60,394 nucleotides of DNA from Sminthopsis crassicaudata (Eukaryota). The stretch covers positions 333,454,562 through 333,514,955 of the forward strand of contig NC_133618.1 in assembly GCF_048593235.1 (NCBI RefSeq), read 5' to 3'. Shown in pieces: positions 48,171 through 60,394 of the stretch. Numbering within the stretch: position 1 is the stretch's first letter; the number at the start of each line of letters is the position of its first letter. Position numbers and translations under genes: made by a program. The notes below the pieces were generated by a model. That model had not been told where the DNA came from, did not search any database, and saw nothing but the letters and a program-made list of their open reading frames with translations.

Positions 48171-49525
48171 AGAGACTTATAGTCATCTAACAGGTCTCAT
48201 GTGGAAATTTACTTAGCCATAGCAAGAGAAAGACATTCAGAATCTAGAAAGGACATTCATTGCAGATCTGACTTCGCTGAGCTCAGCTTCTATTGATTAT
48301 ACTGCTGGTTTGTAGTACAAAGTTCAAGGGAAGAGTGCTAATACCCTCGTGTTCTAACTGGTTTTTGTATTCGCCTAAATATGAATCTATGCCAATGCCT
48401 TTAGTGTTAGTTCTCTGAGCCAATTAAATCTCAAGATGTTTAAAATCTTTTAAGAAAAACTAGCCTAATTTTCCTGGACTGACATCTTATCATATTGCTT
48501 CCCCTATGGCAAACCATCATTTCCTTATATATTCAATGATAAATTTCCTTCATGGAACTCTGTTTATAGTCAGTTCTCAACATTCATGTATTAAATTTTC
48601 TTGAGTTCAACTATTCACATAAATTTATTAATAACTTCATTTTCATTTTCACATTGACAAGCCTGTTCATCTGTGCTATGTGCAGTAAAGAAAAAAATGA
48701 AATTTGAGCTGCATCCAGCTTTGTGTAGTGACCAATATCCTACTGATTACTTCACTAGTCTTGTAAAGAGCTCCCCATGCATTTCTTGCATATTTTTATA
48801 GTTTGCCTTATAATTCAGGTTTTATGTTGTAATTATATCTCCAAAGTATAGCACAAGTCCTTTGGGCACTAAGCCTAAATGTACAAGATCAGTGAAATAA
48901 AACTTATTAAGAAATAAAGATATTAAATAAACTTCTTGCCAGAATGTTTACAGTCACTGTTAGCCTAATCTAGGTACTTCGAGACTGCCTATCCCATCAT
49001 CAATCCCAACATCTTCTATATTCTCATATTCTAAGATACTTAAGATTCTCAAAAGGCACTCTCACAGTGCAGCCTTCACAATCTCCAATGCCATCCATCA
49101 TCCATGAAGGCCAGAGTGTCAGAGATGATGTCGAGACCTCACCAGTCTTGACATCTTCTGACAGGAAAGACTAAAGTCTCAGCAACCTTTCTCTTGGTTT
49201 TCAGAGGGTAACCAAGTCAGAGAGATTTACAGCAATATAGTAGAGAATAAAATATTTTTACCCATCATTTTTGACACAGTAGAAGGTAAGATTCAGGCTT
49301 TTTTAAGTTTTTATTTATTAATAAATAATTTATTTGCTATAAATAAATGTTATACTTTTTACCAAAAAGTAATTATAAATACAATAAATAGTATATATTA
49401 TATGCTATACAGTATTACTTTATATACCTGTTATTTGCTGTACAGTATTTATGATGCTGTAAATTTCATTTATTATGAAAAGTGAATATAGTCTGAGATC
49501 AATTTTTTTAATTGAAATGGGTCAA

Positions 49526-49900
49526 TGTAACGTGCTGTTGTCTCCAGAAGCTGCCAATCGCTCTCTGGGAGGAGATCTGCTGTCTCAACTCAAATCTGTC
49601 GGACAGAGCCGACTTCCCTTCCTGCAGAGAGCAGCCTCAAGTCTCGTCCACACAAAAACTCTCTCTTTCCTCCAGAGCTGCCCTCTTTTATCCTCCCAGA
49701 GAATGGGTGTGGGATAATGCAAGGGCTTCTGGGAAAAATTACTTCAACCAATGAACTTGCTCCTCCTAAGCATGCAAGCTCTTCCCCAGGAATTCACAAG
49801 TAAAACTCCCAGTCATGGCCGGAACTAGAGAATTGTCAAGTACTGATTTAGCACTTAGTAAGAACCTAATATCTCATTAGCCCTTAGTAAGAACCTAACA
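49526..49900 (-). mobile_element. Young ERV2-class solo LTR (375 bp) with 6-bp TSD
   Basis: TGTAAC...CTAACA termini; TSD ggtcaa at 49520-49525 and 49901-49906; minus-strand GGATAAAAG TATA-like box. Confidence 0.92.
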
Positions 49901-50029
49901 GGTCAAGGTAATAGAAAACACCCTATTTTCCAGAGATAAGTCCCAACAAGCAAGGTGGGCCCTAGTTTGACATAATAATAATCCTTTGCACTTGCCCTCT
50001 GGATGATCTCACTCTCTGGCAAACTCACA

Positions 50030-50470
50030 TTATTATTGTATTGTTTTGACCAGCACTAGGTGTTTTCTGAACTTGGACAGGCACTGGACATGCCTGGTGA
50101 TGAATTATGGTGATGAAGTCCTGCTATGAATCAAATTTGTCACATTGTTGCTGTTACCCCTCAATTTCAGGGATATAGCTCACTGCACAGCCATTGGTAT
50201 AAGTATTGAGATTTGGCCATTATTGATCCATTTTTTATCTTCTATGTGATTCTAGTTCAAAAGTTTCCTGTCTCAGTATCCTGAGTCTTTCTTAGTATGG
50301 TGGCTCATCATGGTGGTTCTTGGGGTATTCTCATATCGCTGTGATTGTCAGGACCTTCCAAATGAGACTGAGGGAACAGATCCAAAGAAGGCACAAATCT
50401 GGCATGAAATTCTCATCCACATATTCCAGATTTAGAGCCATGCTATAGATCATAGATAAAGATATGGGGA
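50030..50470 (-). mobile_element. Possible ancient CR1/L3-like LINE 3' ORF relic
   Basis: Minus-strand ALNLEY...PPY*ERLRILRQETFELESHRR resembles RPHLEY...YEERL..L.L.SLE.RRLR. Confidence 0.35.
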
Positions 50471-51099
50471 TGGACTGTGCCATTGAAAAGCCTCCTATTG
50501 CAGATTTCTATTTTCTTTCTCTTCTTTCTGTTTTCACTACATCTGCCTTCTGGGAAAAGCATATGCCTGTTTCTAAAACGTATTTCTATTTCCTAAAAGT
50601 TTGTTTACATACAAATTTACTTTGTTTTTAAGGTGATTTCTACAACAAACTTGGTTAACCATTTCATTGATGATCTTACCTTGTCCTTGCTCAAATGTAA
50701 TGAAGAGATAAAAAATGGGAGAATGCTTAGGAGAAGAGAAAAATGGATTTTTATGACTGTAGTGAATATTTTATTGGGGCAGTTTTCTAGTAAAGTGCTC
50801 AGAATTGTAGAAAGAGAATTATTATTCATTTCTTAAATAATTTCCAAGAACAGAAAAGGAAAGGGAATGCTTATTCCAGGACCTTTCCTTAGACAATAAG
50901 TCAACAATTTGTCTGAGAAAAGATTGTAATTAGCTGGCTGAAATAGCCTTTGAGGCCTTGGCCATTGTTTGCCCTTCCTTGGCTTAAAAGAAAAACTACT
51001 TCTCCTGAGGGAAAGAGCCAAGGAAATGATAGGGAAGTAGTAGACTGACTTAACAATGGTAGAGACAAATAAGAGGGAATGATAGCCCTGCTTATCAGC

Positions 51100-52110
51100 A
51101 CAGCTTAGCTTAGCAAAACACAACTATCATAATAAACAAGTTGTGGTACATGAATAGAATGGAATAATATAGTTCTATAAGAAAGGCTGAGTCTCATGAT
51201 GGAAAATGCTGTCCATATGCAGGTGATCTGAATGCAGATGAAAGCATAACCCATTTTCACTATTTTTTTTTGTAATTTTTTTCCTTTTGTCATGTTTCTT
51301 ATACAATATAACCAAAACAAAAATGTTTTAAATGATTGCACATATATAATCTATATAAAATTGTTCATCTTCTTAGGGAGGAGAGAAGGGAAGAAGGGAG
51401 AAAATTTGAAACTTAAAATTTATTATGATTTTAAAAGAATGTTAAAAATTGTTTAAAAGTAAAAAAGAATGAGTTTGATGACTAGAGAAGCATGGAAAGA
51501 CATACTGATGCAAAGTGAAATAAAGAGAATCAAGAAAAAAAATACATCCACAATGATTACCACAATGTAAATGGAAAGAATAAAAAGAAAGCAATCAAAA
51601 ACTGAATACTATAAAATTACAATTACCAAGCTCGAACCCTAAGAAAGATATGAAATGGTACCTCTCCTAATTCTTTAAAGGGGAAAGACTATGGACATGG
51701 ATCATTACATATAATGTCAGACTTTTCCTTTGTGTTAATTTTGTTGAACTGTCTTTTCCCTCTATGGTCTTCATTATAAGGGATGGTTCCCTTGGAGAAT
51801 GAGGAGGTGGGGGAGGGGATACATTAGAAAGTGTAAGATCATGTAAAAACAAAGCATATCAATTAAAATTTTTAAAAAGACTTTTAAAAAGACTTTAAAA
51901 AGTGATTTTTTTTCCTCTTTACTTGAAGGTCAGGGAGTAAAGGGTACAGAGTACTGCATGTACTGTCCAATTCAACTGATGGATTGGTTGTTCTTGCTAA
52001 ACTGCTTTTTTCCTCTTTCTTTTTTACATTTTTGTCATGTGATGGTTTACTACATAGGAAAAGTGAGAGGAATGCATATCTGAAAATGAAAGTGATGGAA
52101 AAAACAAAAG
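51100..52110 (+). mobile_element. Old L1 3'-end fragments
   Basis: gtggtacatgaatagaatggaataatatagttctataagaaa; actgatgcaaagtgaaataaagagaatcaag. Confidence 0.7.
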
Positions 52111-52719
52111 ATAACAATAATTGTGAAAGGCAAGGTGGTTCACACAGATTAGCTTGAGGAAAACAATACAGAACTCAGTGCTATATTGATATAGCTTTTT
52201 AATTCCCACAAAGTATCAGCCAGAGGCAGCACTATACTATGGCAGGGGCATGATACTCAAGCATTAATAAACTAACAAAATCAGCTGTAGGCAGTAGAGC
52301 TATGGACTCAGACAATGTTCTAAAGCATCATTCTCATCCTCCAGCAGAGATAGCTAATCATAGGGATTGTAGATCCCTAGATGTTATTAGAATGGAGTGA
52401 TGTTATTTTTTTAACAAAACTATATATCATCCAGCTAATAAAATAACCATCAAACCTTAGGATTCATTAAACAATTAATTTTTTAATTCTTTAAGAATTT
52501 AACCAGACCTGTAACTTTGTTCCAGTTACTTATGTTGCTATTCTCTAGTTTGTTTTTCGTTTTGAACAGATCAATTTCAACAATTCATCAAACATTAAGA
52601 ACCTACTATGTTTGGGGCCTTGCATTTTAGGCTTTATAATTACAAAGATCTAAAGGAAACAGTTCTTACATTCAAGGAACTTACATTCTGTTTATGAGAT
52701 AAATGTATTTTTTTTCTTT

Positions 52720-52930
52720 TTTGTCTCAGAACTATGATTTCATCAGTATAAGCTCATCAGTGAAGAAGGTCCTTCTACCACTGCAGTTCAATATTAATTC
52801 TACAACTTCCAGTTAGAGTTGCCAAGGGATTCTGACTTTTCCATTGTCTTTTCAATGGTCACACTGCCAGTCTGTACCAGAGATGGAAATTGAATTTGGG
52901 TTATACCTACTCCAATACGGGTTTTTGTTG
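52720..52930 (-). mobile_element. MIR3-type (marsupial) SINE fragment
   Basis: cagaactatgatttcatcagtata...tagagttgccaaggg...ggtcacactgccagt. Confidence 0.55.
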
Positions 52931-54012
52931 TTTTTTTTTTTTTTTAATTAGGCCACACTATCTTTACTCTGCATGTAGATAGTTAAGGAAATTCAAAATA
53001 CATATAAAGTAAATACAGGATACCTTAAGGCTAGGTGAAAAGAAGCCATGAAAAATGTCACAATCTACTTCAGTTGAAAGAATTTCCATAAATCCTTCAC
53101 AGTTATACAATTATATAAAGGAAAGGAAGTAGATTAGGCCCTTCATGTTCCTTACATTTTCAAATTACATATGTTTAATTTAGTATTTTGAAATATAGGA
53201 AATTGAAATAGTAATTTGTCTATTTTTTTCCTTAGTATTTAAGCAGAACCATTTTAAAAATCAGGGTTTGAACCACATTCTCCCTTCTTCTTTTGGTTTC
53301 ATTCACAAGTAAAAAAAAAAAAAAAGGATCTACAATGACATGGAAACAGGAAGCTTTTGAAGGTCTTAAAAACTCTTTCCTCTGATAGAGAAAGGATTAG
53401 AAAATATTTAGATTTAAATCTTTTCATAAACAAAGTCTTAAATTTCTCCTTTTGCTCCAAGCTATAAAAGGCTCAAAAAATATAGTTGGGAACTAATTGG
53501 CTTTGGCCTAAAATGTGGCTAGGAATGTCCATGTCTAGAAACTAAGACTGCTACTATCCAGTTAGCTGGATACTGTTATCCAGTAGCTGCTAACTAAGCC
53601 AGTTAAACTCTGGCTTCATGATCAGCAATTCTTTCTCATGCTGAAATTTAAAGTGCTACTGCCCTCTTCAGGGGTTCATAGTTTTCATATTTTGGATATA
53701 CTTGCAAAAAAATGGAAAAACCTTGACAGCTTTTCCTATGTTGCTCTGTACTATAAGCAGAAATTAAACTTTTTAACATAGGAGCTTTTTCTAACATGTC
53801 TGTTACAACATGGACTAGTATTCCTAATCCTCCTTAAGACATTTGTGTGAGGTAAGGGGATGAAGAAATTCAATTTTGTAACTGAAAATAATCTTCCTTT
53901 TAAAGGTCTTGTAGACTGAGTTAAGATTCAGAGTCCCAAGAAATCATTCTTGAAAATCTTGATTCTATTGGTTTCTTGAATCTTCTGAGGGTCTCAAATA
54001 GCTACTTAACAC

Positions 54013-54125
54013 TTTTTCATCCCTTCTCTTCTTTCTCATCTCTGCCTTCCTTCCTAACTCCCTTCTTTCCTTCCTTTTTCTTTCTCTCTACTCTCCTCTC
54101 TCCTCTTCCTTTTCTTTCCCTTTCT
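54013..54125. repeat. Polypyrimidine (TC/TTCC) low-complexity tract
   Basis: Direct inspection. Confidence 0.9.
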
Positions 54126-55699
54126 AGAATTTGAGTTCACACCATGTGCAAGGCTACCAGACACTATGCTAAAGGTTTTGAATCATGATCTGTATAATTT
54201 ATTTGACAAAATTTATACAATGTCTGGGGGAATTATGTTTGAAATTATGTTTAAAATTGGACTTAAAGCAAAGAAAGTTGCTAAGTAAAAATGATGAGGA
54301 GTAGAATGGGGAATGGAGCAGTACACAGATACTCAATTTTGTGGACCTTTTCATGTTCACAACCTTCAGCTGTTATTACCTACTAAAAGATCTGGTGAAC
54401 TTTTTATGGGCTTATACAATGTTTATAACTGAGAGGTAGTTTATTCCAATTTTACAAAGTAGCCCAAGGCAACAGTTTCAGGCAAAAGGAAAAGGCATAT
54501 GTAAATACATCTGATAGCAGTGCTGCTTCTGGAAAGAAATGGGTTACAATTTTCTTCATTCACTTTTTCTCTTTTCCACATCTGATCAGTTCAACCTTTA
54601 AAATGGGAAAATAAATGAGGCCTTATAAATTTTACCATCTTGGTTTATTGGTAATGTTATTTTTATTTCTAGATCCTGGAGTCTATAGCCTTGGATTCAA
54701 TTGCTAGGGTAAATCTGGCCGTATTTAAATCACCTTGCCCTTGCCATTCTCTTTTGCTTCTGCAGTGCTCTAAATTGTTTCAATCAAAAACTGACATATG
54801 AAAGCCACTTTCTAGGCTCAACATGCTTGGAGGCTTCTATGCACAACTTCATTGTGTCTTACAGTTTAACAATCTATTCTTAAGAATATTACAAAAAGGA
54901 GTTGTGAGGAACTGAAACTCCATGACATCTACCCTGCACTTGAAGAATGGACTTCATCTCAGGTCTTACTGGCCTTCACTTAAAGAATTAAAATAATGAC
55001 CAGGCCTTTGTATTCAATAAATAATCAATTCTTTAAATATCTAATCAGAATTGTGCTTTTGCTCTATCAGGAATCCATTAATATTAATATTAAATTGGAG
55101 ATGGAATACTGGGAAGCCCAAAAAGAAGGAAGCTAGGAGACAAAGTAGAATTTACTTAACTGAATAATTCTCCATCTAAACACTGTTTTTCTCCTACCTT
55201 AAACAGAGAAAGTGAACATAGGAGATTTCTTAATCACGTATGACTTATTAACGGGTGTAGGAGTGTAGAGTAAGCTGCTTACCATGAATTAAATATCTTT
55301 GTACTTCTTTTCCAATGGCCCCACGCCTTCCAGTCACAATCTATTCTGGCTATCACCTTCTGTCATAAATGTTTTGGTTCATCCATATGCCATATCTAGT
55401 TGCCACTTCAGCCTAACGGAGATAAAGGATTCCTTTGCACAAGTGCTATAGACTTTAGAACCACGAGCATTTCTCTTTACTGCTACCCTGTCTCTCTATT
55501 CTTTTATTCTTTCATTTTTGTTGTCATTATTATCAACTGCCACTCCTGGCATTTTTACTAAACCTATTTCAACCACACTGAAGCTAAATAGAAATACCCC
55601 AATACTGCCAGTCATGATGCATATGTTTATATACGTATGTGTGTGTGTGTTTGTGTGTGTGTTGGAGGGTAGGAGGGCAGGATGAAGCTTAAAGGATGG

Positions 55700-56160
55700 T
55701 TTAACTCAATTCACCAAGAATGTATTGACTATCTGCTATATTTTTGGCACTGGGACTACAAAAACAAAAATGAAGCAGTCTATATCCTTAAGAATCTTAT
55801 ATTCTACTGGGGTAAACAACATACACATAGATAAGTTGATCTTATTATTTCTATCTTCACAAATTTCTCAAATATGCCATTTTCTCACCAATCACACAGC
55901 AATTGCTTGAGTACAGGCCTTCATAATCTCTCAACTGAACTATAGTAATAGATTTCTAAGTGTTTATCCTGTATCAGATATCTCCCTATTCCAATCCCTC
56001 CTTCACTTAGCTGCCAGTGATCTCTTGAAAGAAAAATCTGATCTTGGTATTCACCTCCTCAGTGAACTTCATTGGCTCTCAGTTACCTCCTGGATGACAG
56101 ATAAAGTCCCATATTTAGCATTTAAAATACTTCACAATCTGGCTTCTTCCTTCTATAGTC
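55700..56160. mobile_element. Two L2 fragments in opposite orientations
   Basis: Antisense L2 3' end to ~55830, then sense-type cttgagtacaggccttcataatctctc...ctccctattccaatcc. Confidence 0.6.
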
Positions 56161-57067
56161 CCCTATATCTTCTAACTTCTAAAACTCAGGGCTCATTAGC
56201 TTAATTGACACCTGAATTGGTTACTAGTGGTTTCCTTATTACAACCTCCCTCAGAATTCTAAAACTAAACCTGAAGAGGCATGCTTTCTTGCTCACAACC
56301 CTCATCCAGTATGCTCCACTTAGCAATCAACTAATATAACTATTAGCTTTTTTTAAAAGACTTACTGAGAGGCTATAACAAGAATAGTTACAAAACAGTC
56401 CTCTCCAATGTGCATATATAAGAAAAAATGGTATTAAATTTAAAGAACAAGAGTAATTAAACATATTGTAGAGAACAATGTGGCAAATGGGTGACTCATA
56501 GCTGTGAGTCTTCGCTATTGGGAGTCCTTTTTTACTTTTTTGTAAAGTTCTTATGATATTCTGCTTGGGTGGAGCTCTGCTAGGCTTTAAGAAGTGGTGT
56601 TTCTCAAGAGTCCATCCATACTCATCATGTTTATTTGTCACCAGGCAACTTCTAGTGACTTTGAGAGACTATTTCAAACTTAACCTGACAGGCTATTCCT
56701 TTCATCATTTGATTGCTCTAGTAAGTTCTGTTGCCAACTCTGCTTGCTGGTAGAATTTCTCTCATGGTTCTAATGGATCTTATGGTCACTTGGGCAATCT
56801 CCTCCTGGAATACTTATTCATCTGAGTTAAAGAATAAACATAAAAGAAACAATTTTAAAATATGCTTATCAGTCATGTGGAGTGTTGGACCTACCTACTT
56901 CTGCCTCAGTCTCCTCAATTGTAAAATGAAGATAATAATAGCACCTACATTCCAGGATTGGTATGCAAATAAGATTGAAGGCAAGAGAAAGCACCAACCC
57001 TGAAGTCAGAAGAACCTGAGTTCAAATACTAGCTGTGTAATCTGGGCAAATTATCTAACACCAATTG

Positions 57068-57070
<3 letters not shown>

Positions 57071-57112
<42 letters not shown>
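57071..57112. repeat. (AC)21 microsatellite
   Basis: Direct inspection. Confidence 0.95.
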
Positions 57113-57113
<1 letters not shown>

Positions 57114-57179
57114 ACAAAAGCCAAATCATGAAGAGGCAAGTAAGTTTATTCAAGATGCAACAGGAAACCAGTTTCTCCA

Positions 57180-58070
57180 TTTTCCCCTCCACCCTACCTA
57201 TGTTGTCAGATGAACCTTCCTAATATTATTTTTAATCATGTCATTCTTCTGTTCAAAAGCCCTCAATGACTCCCTACTCTTTGTGAAATAGAGTCTAAAT
57301 CCTTTGGCCTAATATTCAAGGCTTCCTCACTCATACCCATATACATATGATCTACTAATTAGTTAGCATCTATTAAGAATACATCATTTTCCCCAAAATC
57401 ATCTCATGTAAATTCTCTAACAATCTGCTGATTACTCACCAAATAGGAAATGATATTTTGCCCTGAATCTTTTTTCATACCACTTCTTATTCCCATACAC
57501 ACATGAATCTTCCTTTGTTTTTTTTCTATTCAACTTTTCTAACCTCTCTATCCCACAGTGATTTTTCTGTCCTCTGAATTCTCTACAACACTTACTATTT
57601 GTAGCATTTATTTGGCCCTTGACATATGCTGTCTTGTATTTGAATTATGGTTTTAATAAATTTTAAAATTCCTCCAAACATGTATTAAACACCTTCTCTC
57701 TAAAAGATACTATGTTAGGAATAAGACTATGAAACCAAAAATAAAAGTTCCCTTAAGGAATTTATCTCTTTTTAAATAAGTGACAGGGGAATATAACATG
57801 GAAACAAAAATAGTAAAACATTAATAACTTGGATATTCAAAAAAGAAATTAGCACTTGAGCTAAATGGTATTTGTTGTTTTCTAAGGTAGGAATTCTATC
57901 AAGTGGAAGATAGGAAGAAGTGAATTAGCAAGTGTAGTGGATCACTTATGCAAAGGCATGGAAGTAAGAGATAGAATTTCTTGGGTACAAAATAGATAGC
58001 AGGCCAATTTAACTAGAACAGACACTACATGAAAGCAAATAATGTGAAGTAAGATTGGAAAGGTTAAGTG
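57180..58070. mobile_element. L2 fragments (sense, then antisense)
   Basis: tgtcattcttctgttcaaaagccctcaatgactccct; ggaagtaagagatagaatttcttgg...gtaagattggaaagg. Confidence 0.6.
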
Positions 58071-58079
58071 GGACTCATG

Positions 58080-58560
58080 CTATGGAAGATTTTATTTTTG
58101 AAAAAAAATTTTACTGTTAACTTTTTTAAAATAATGCTTTTCTGTATGTTTTATGACACCTTCTCAATGTGTCTGTTTCCCATCCAAAGAGACATTTCTT
58201 TTCATTTAAAAAAAATAAAAATAAAAAGTAGTTCAAAAAATCTAATCTATCAATTAATTCCTAAAATGCTCCTCCTCATCAAAGAAGTGAAGGGGTTATT
58301 TTCTTATCTCTGCTTTGGGTCCAACCTTAGTCATTATGACTAACTGAACACAGGGTTTAATTTTGGTTTTGTTGGTGCTGTTCCTTCCTTTAATATTGGT
58401 TTAATATTGTATATATTGTTTCCCCTTTTCTACTTACTTCACTTTTCATCGTCATCATCTTGGTTCCAGAGCTTGGTTGTGTTTTTCACATTTATTGCTT
58501 CTTACATTGAAGTAATATTGCATTTTATTCATGTAGATACTAAGTTGTATATTTCTGGTG
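58080..58560 (-). mobile_element. Old L1 3'-end fragment
   Basis: Antisense L1 tail texture ending ttctggtggcctccttcagctct. Confidence 0.55.
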
Positions 58561-58828
58561 GCCTCCTTCAGCTCTCAAAGAGCAGCTGACAGACAACCTC
58601 ACTGTCTGAAGCCAGGATATCTTTCCTATGAAGATGTGTCCATCTTTTGGTTGTCTTAGAGGGGATCACATCCTTGGAGTAGGCACAGAGACATCAAAAC
58701 AAGGAATAGAACACTTTTTCCTCTTAGTAGGAAGGAAATACAGTACACTGGGTGAGTAGAAAAAATAATAATTGACAGCGTTCTTCCTAAAATAAAATAA
58801 AAATCTGTCATTAAGCATATAGGGCTTA

Positions 58829-58979
58829 GGGACAGCTAGGTGCCACAGTGATAGAGCACCAGACCTGAAATCAGGAAGACCTGAGCTCAAATCTGACTTC
58901 AAATACTTAATGCTTCCTGGCTCTGTGACCTAGGCATGTCACTTAACCCCAATTGCCTCAGGAAAAAAAAAAAAAAAAG
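58829..58979 (+). mobile_element. WSINE1
   Basis: gggacagctaggtgccacagtgatagagcaccagacctgaaatcaggaagacctgagctcaaat...aaccccaattgcctc plus poly(A); TSD tatagggc. Confidence 0.9.
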
Positions 58980-59049
58980 TATAGGGCCTGAGCTAATGAC
59001 TCATATTCTCATTCTCTGAGATATTTCTCTCCAGAGTGTCCTTAATCAA

Positions 59050-59500
59050 ACTGCCAGTTATATAACTTATATTCATTAATTTTTGTTTGCTTATCTGTCT
59101 ACTAGCTTGGAACCATGCACATTTGTTTAGCCATTTCCCAGTCACTGAGCACTATTACAAAAATTAGTGCTATGAATATTTTGGTATATATATCTTCGAC
59201 CTCTTTGAATTATATGCCCAGCAGTGAGACCTCTATCTAAGTCAATGTATATGTTAGACATTTTCTCAACATAGTTCTAAATTTCTTTCCAGATTTGTAG
59301 GACAAATGCACAGTCTAACCAAAAGTATGCTTGTAAAACCATTTTTCCACAACTCTGACAATGCTAATTCTTCCCACTTTTTTGTTATCTTTACAAATTT
59401 GTTGGGAAAATAGTAAAACTTTAGAGTTATTTTGACGTGCATTTCTCTTATTAGTCATTCAGGGCTTTCTTTTATAATTCCTTTGAACACTATTTACCCA
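59050..59500 (-). mobile_element. Old L1 ORF2 C-terminal fragment
   Basis: ttgtttagccatttcccag...gctatgaatattttggtatatat...ttctaaatttctttccaga. Confidence 0.7.
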
Positions 59501-59899
59501 CTAAAGAATTAGTAAAAGATTTTAAATGACTATACATATTTATTTAATCATAGAAACTATATTGTAAGTTCTCTGAAATCAGGCATTGTGATTTATAACT
59601 CTTTATGTCCCCTATAGTTACATGCATAGAGTAAATGTTAAACAATTTTTGTTGGTTATGTTGATCTTAGACTTTACTGACATTTCCCTTCTTTTAAGTC
59701 TTCTCTGAAATGCAATCTTCCTTCACATCATTTTGCAAACTAGGAAAACTTGAGCCACCTTTCTTGTTGTAAAAATAAAGAAATATAAGGATATTTCACT
59801 TTATTAAATACATGCATTATAAAGAAGAGAATGAGTCCCTTCACCTCTTATCTACTTTAGAAAGGTTAGTCTATTATCCCTTAGAAATGATATGTGAAT

Positions 59900-60200
59900 T
59901 TCCATCTTTATAAATTTGCTTACTGCTGTTTGTCTCTTCTACTAATATGAATCCTATCCATTATTCAAAGTTAAACTCCTCCCTCATATCTTCTATGAAA
60001 ACTTCCTAGACCATCTCAGCCTAAAGTGATTTTTCCTTTCTTTCAACTTCTATAGTATTCACTGATCAGCCCAATACTTGATTATGTTATCTAAAATTGT
60101 TTTGTGTGTCTTCCCAATAAGACCGTCTTTCATGTCTTTTATGTCTCTTTATCCCTAGCAACTGGAATAATGCAAGGTATAGTCAATAAATTCTTATTGA
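59900..60200 (+). mobile_element. L2 3' fragment
   Basis: cttctatgaaacttcc...ctttatccctagcaactggaataatgcaaggtatagtcaataaattcttattga. Confidence 0.6.
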
Positions 60201-60394
60201 TTTATTAATTTATGTTCAGTTGTGTCTAAATATAGCATTTTACAATCTATATGAAATAAGACTGTTAGACAAAAAGTGCCTTATTTGCTGAAGTTAGTCT
60301 ATAACAGATGACAGAAAATAGATATATAGGTTATTGAAAAAAGTAATATGAACTTGATCCATGGGAGAATTCTAGAATAAAACAGGAAACTTTA

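Noticed and set aside
49030-49490. Possible Tigger-like transposase C-terminus with TACAGTA-rich flank
   Set aside because: Only textural resemblance; no TIR, TA TSD or diagnostic DDE motif found.
56492-56510. Near-palindrome TGACTCATAGCTGTGAGTC with an AP-1 site
   Set aside because: A single motif with no supporting context.
1-60394. CRISPR arrays, rRNA, tRNA genes or prokaryotic operons
   Set aside because: The sequence is mammalian; tRNA-like A/B boxes occur only within SINEs, and the tandem repeats lack unique spacers.

Overview
AT-rich, CpG-depleted marsupial genomic DNA, most likely from a dasyurid: it carries WSINE1-type SINEs, MAR1/MIR, marsupial L1 3' ends and dasyurid-type ERV LTRs. 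One 356-N assembly gap lies at 838-1193. Roughly half or more of the window is layered transposable-element debris: L1 of several ages (many nested, with clean TSDs), L2, MIR/MAR1/WSINE1, RTE, a hAT MITE and at least five LTRs. I could not recognise any host protein-coding gene; most entries in the ORF track are L1 fragments, low-complexity sequence or chance ORFs. Three things stand out. (1) A minus-strand betaretrovirus-like (ERV2) provirus remnant at 1705-~4150 keeps a 283-codon stop-free integrase-derived ORF. The ORF has lost most zinc-finger and catalytic residues through in-frame deletions and substitutions, and has gained an in-frame 24-bp (8-aa) tandem expansion. (2) An ancient R4/Dong-clade LINE fossil (Mam_R4-like) at ~37650-38500 appears to lack its restriction-like endonuclease core. 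(3) Segments bounded by strong splice sites occur on both strands and may mark an unannotated spliced transcript (low confidence). All family names come from motif recognition by eye, and boundaries without TSDs are approximate.
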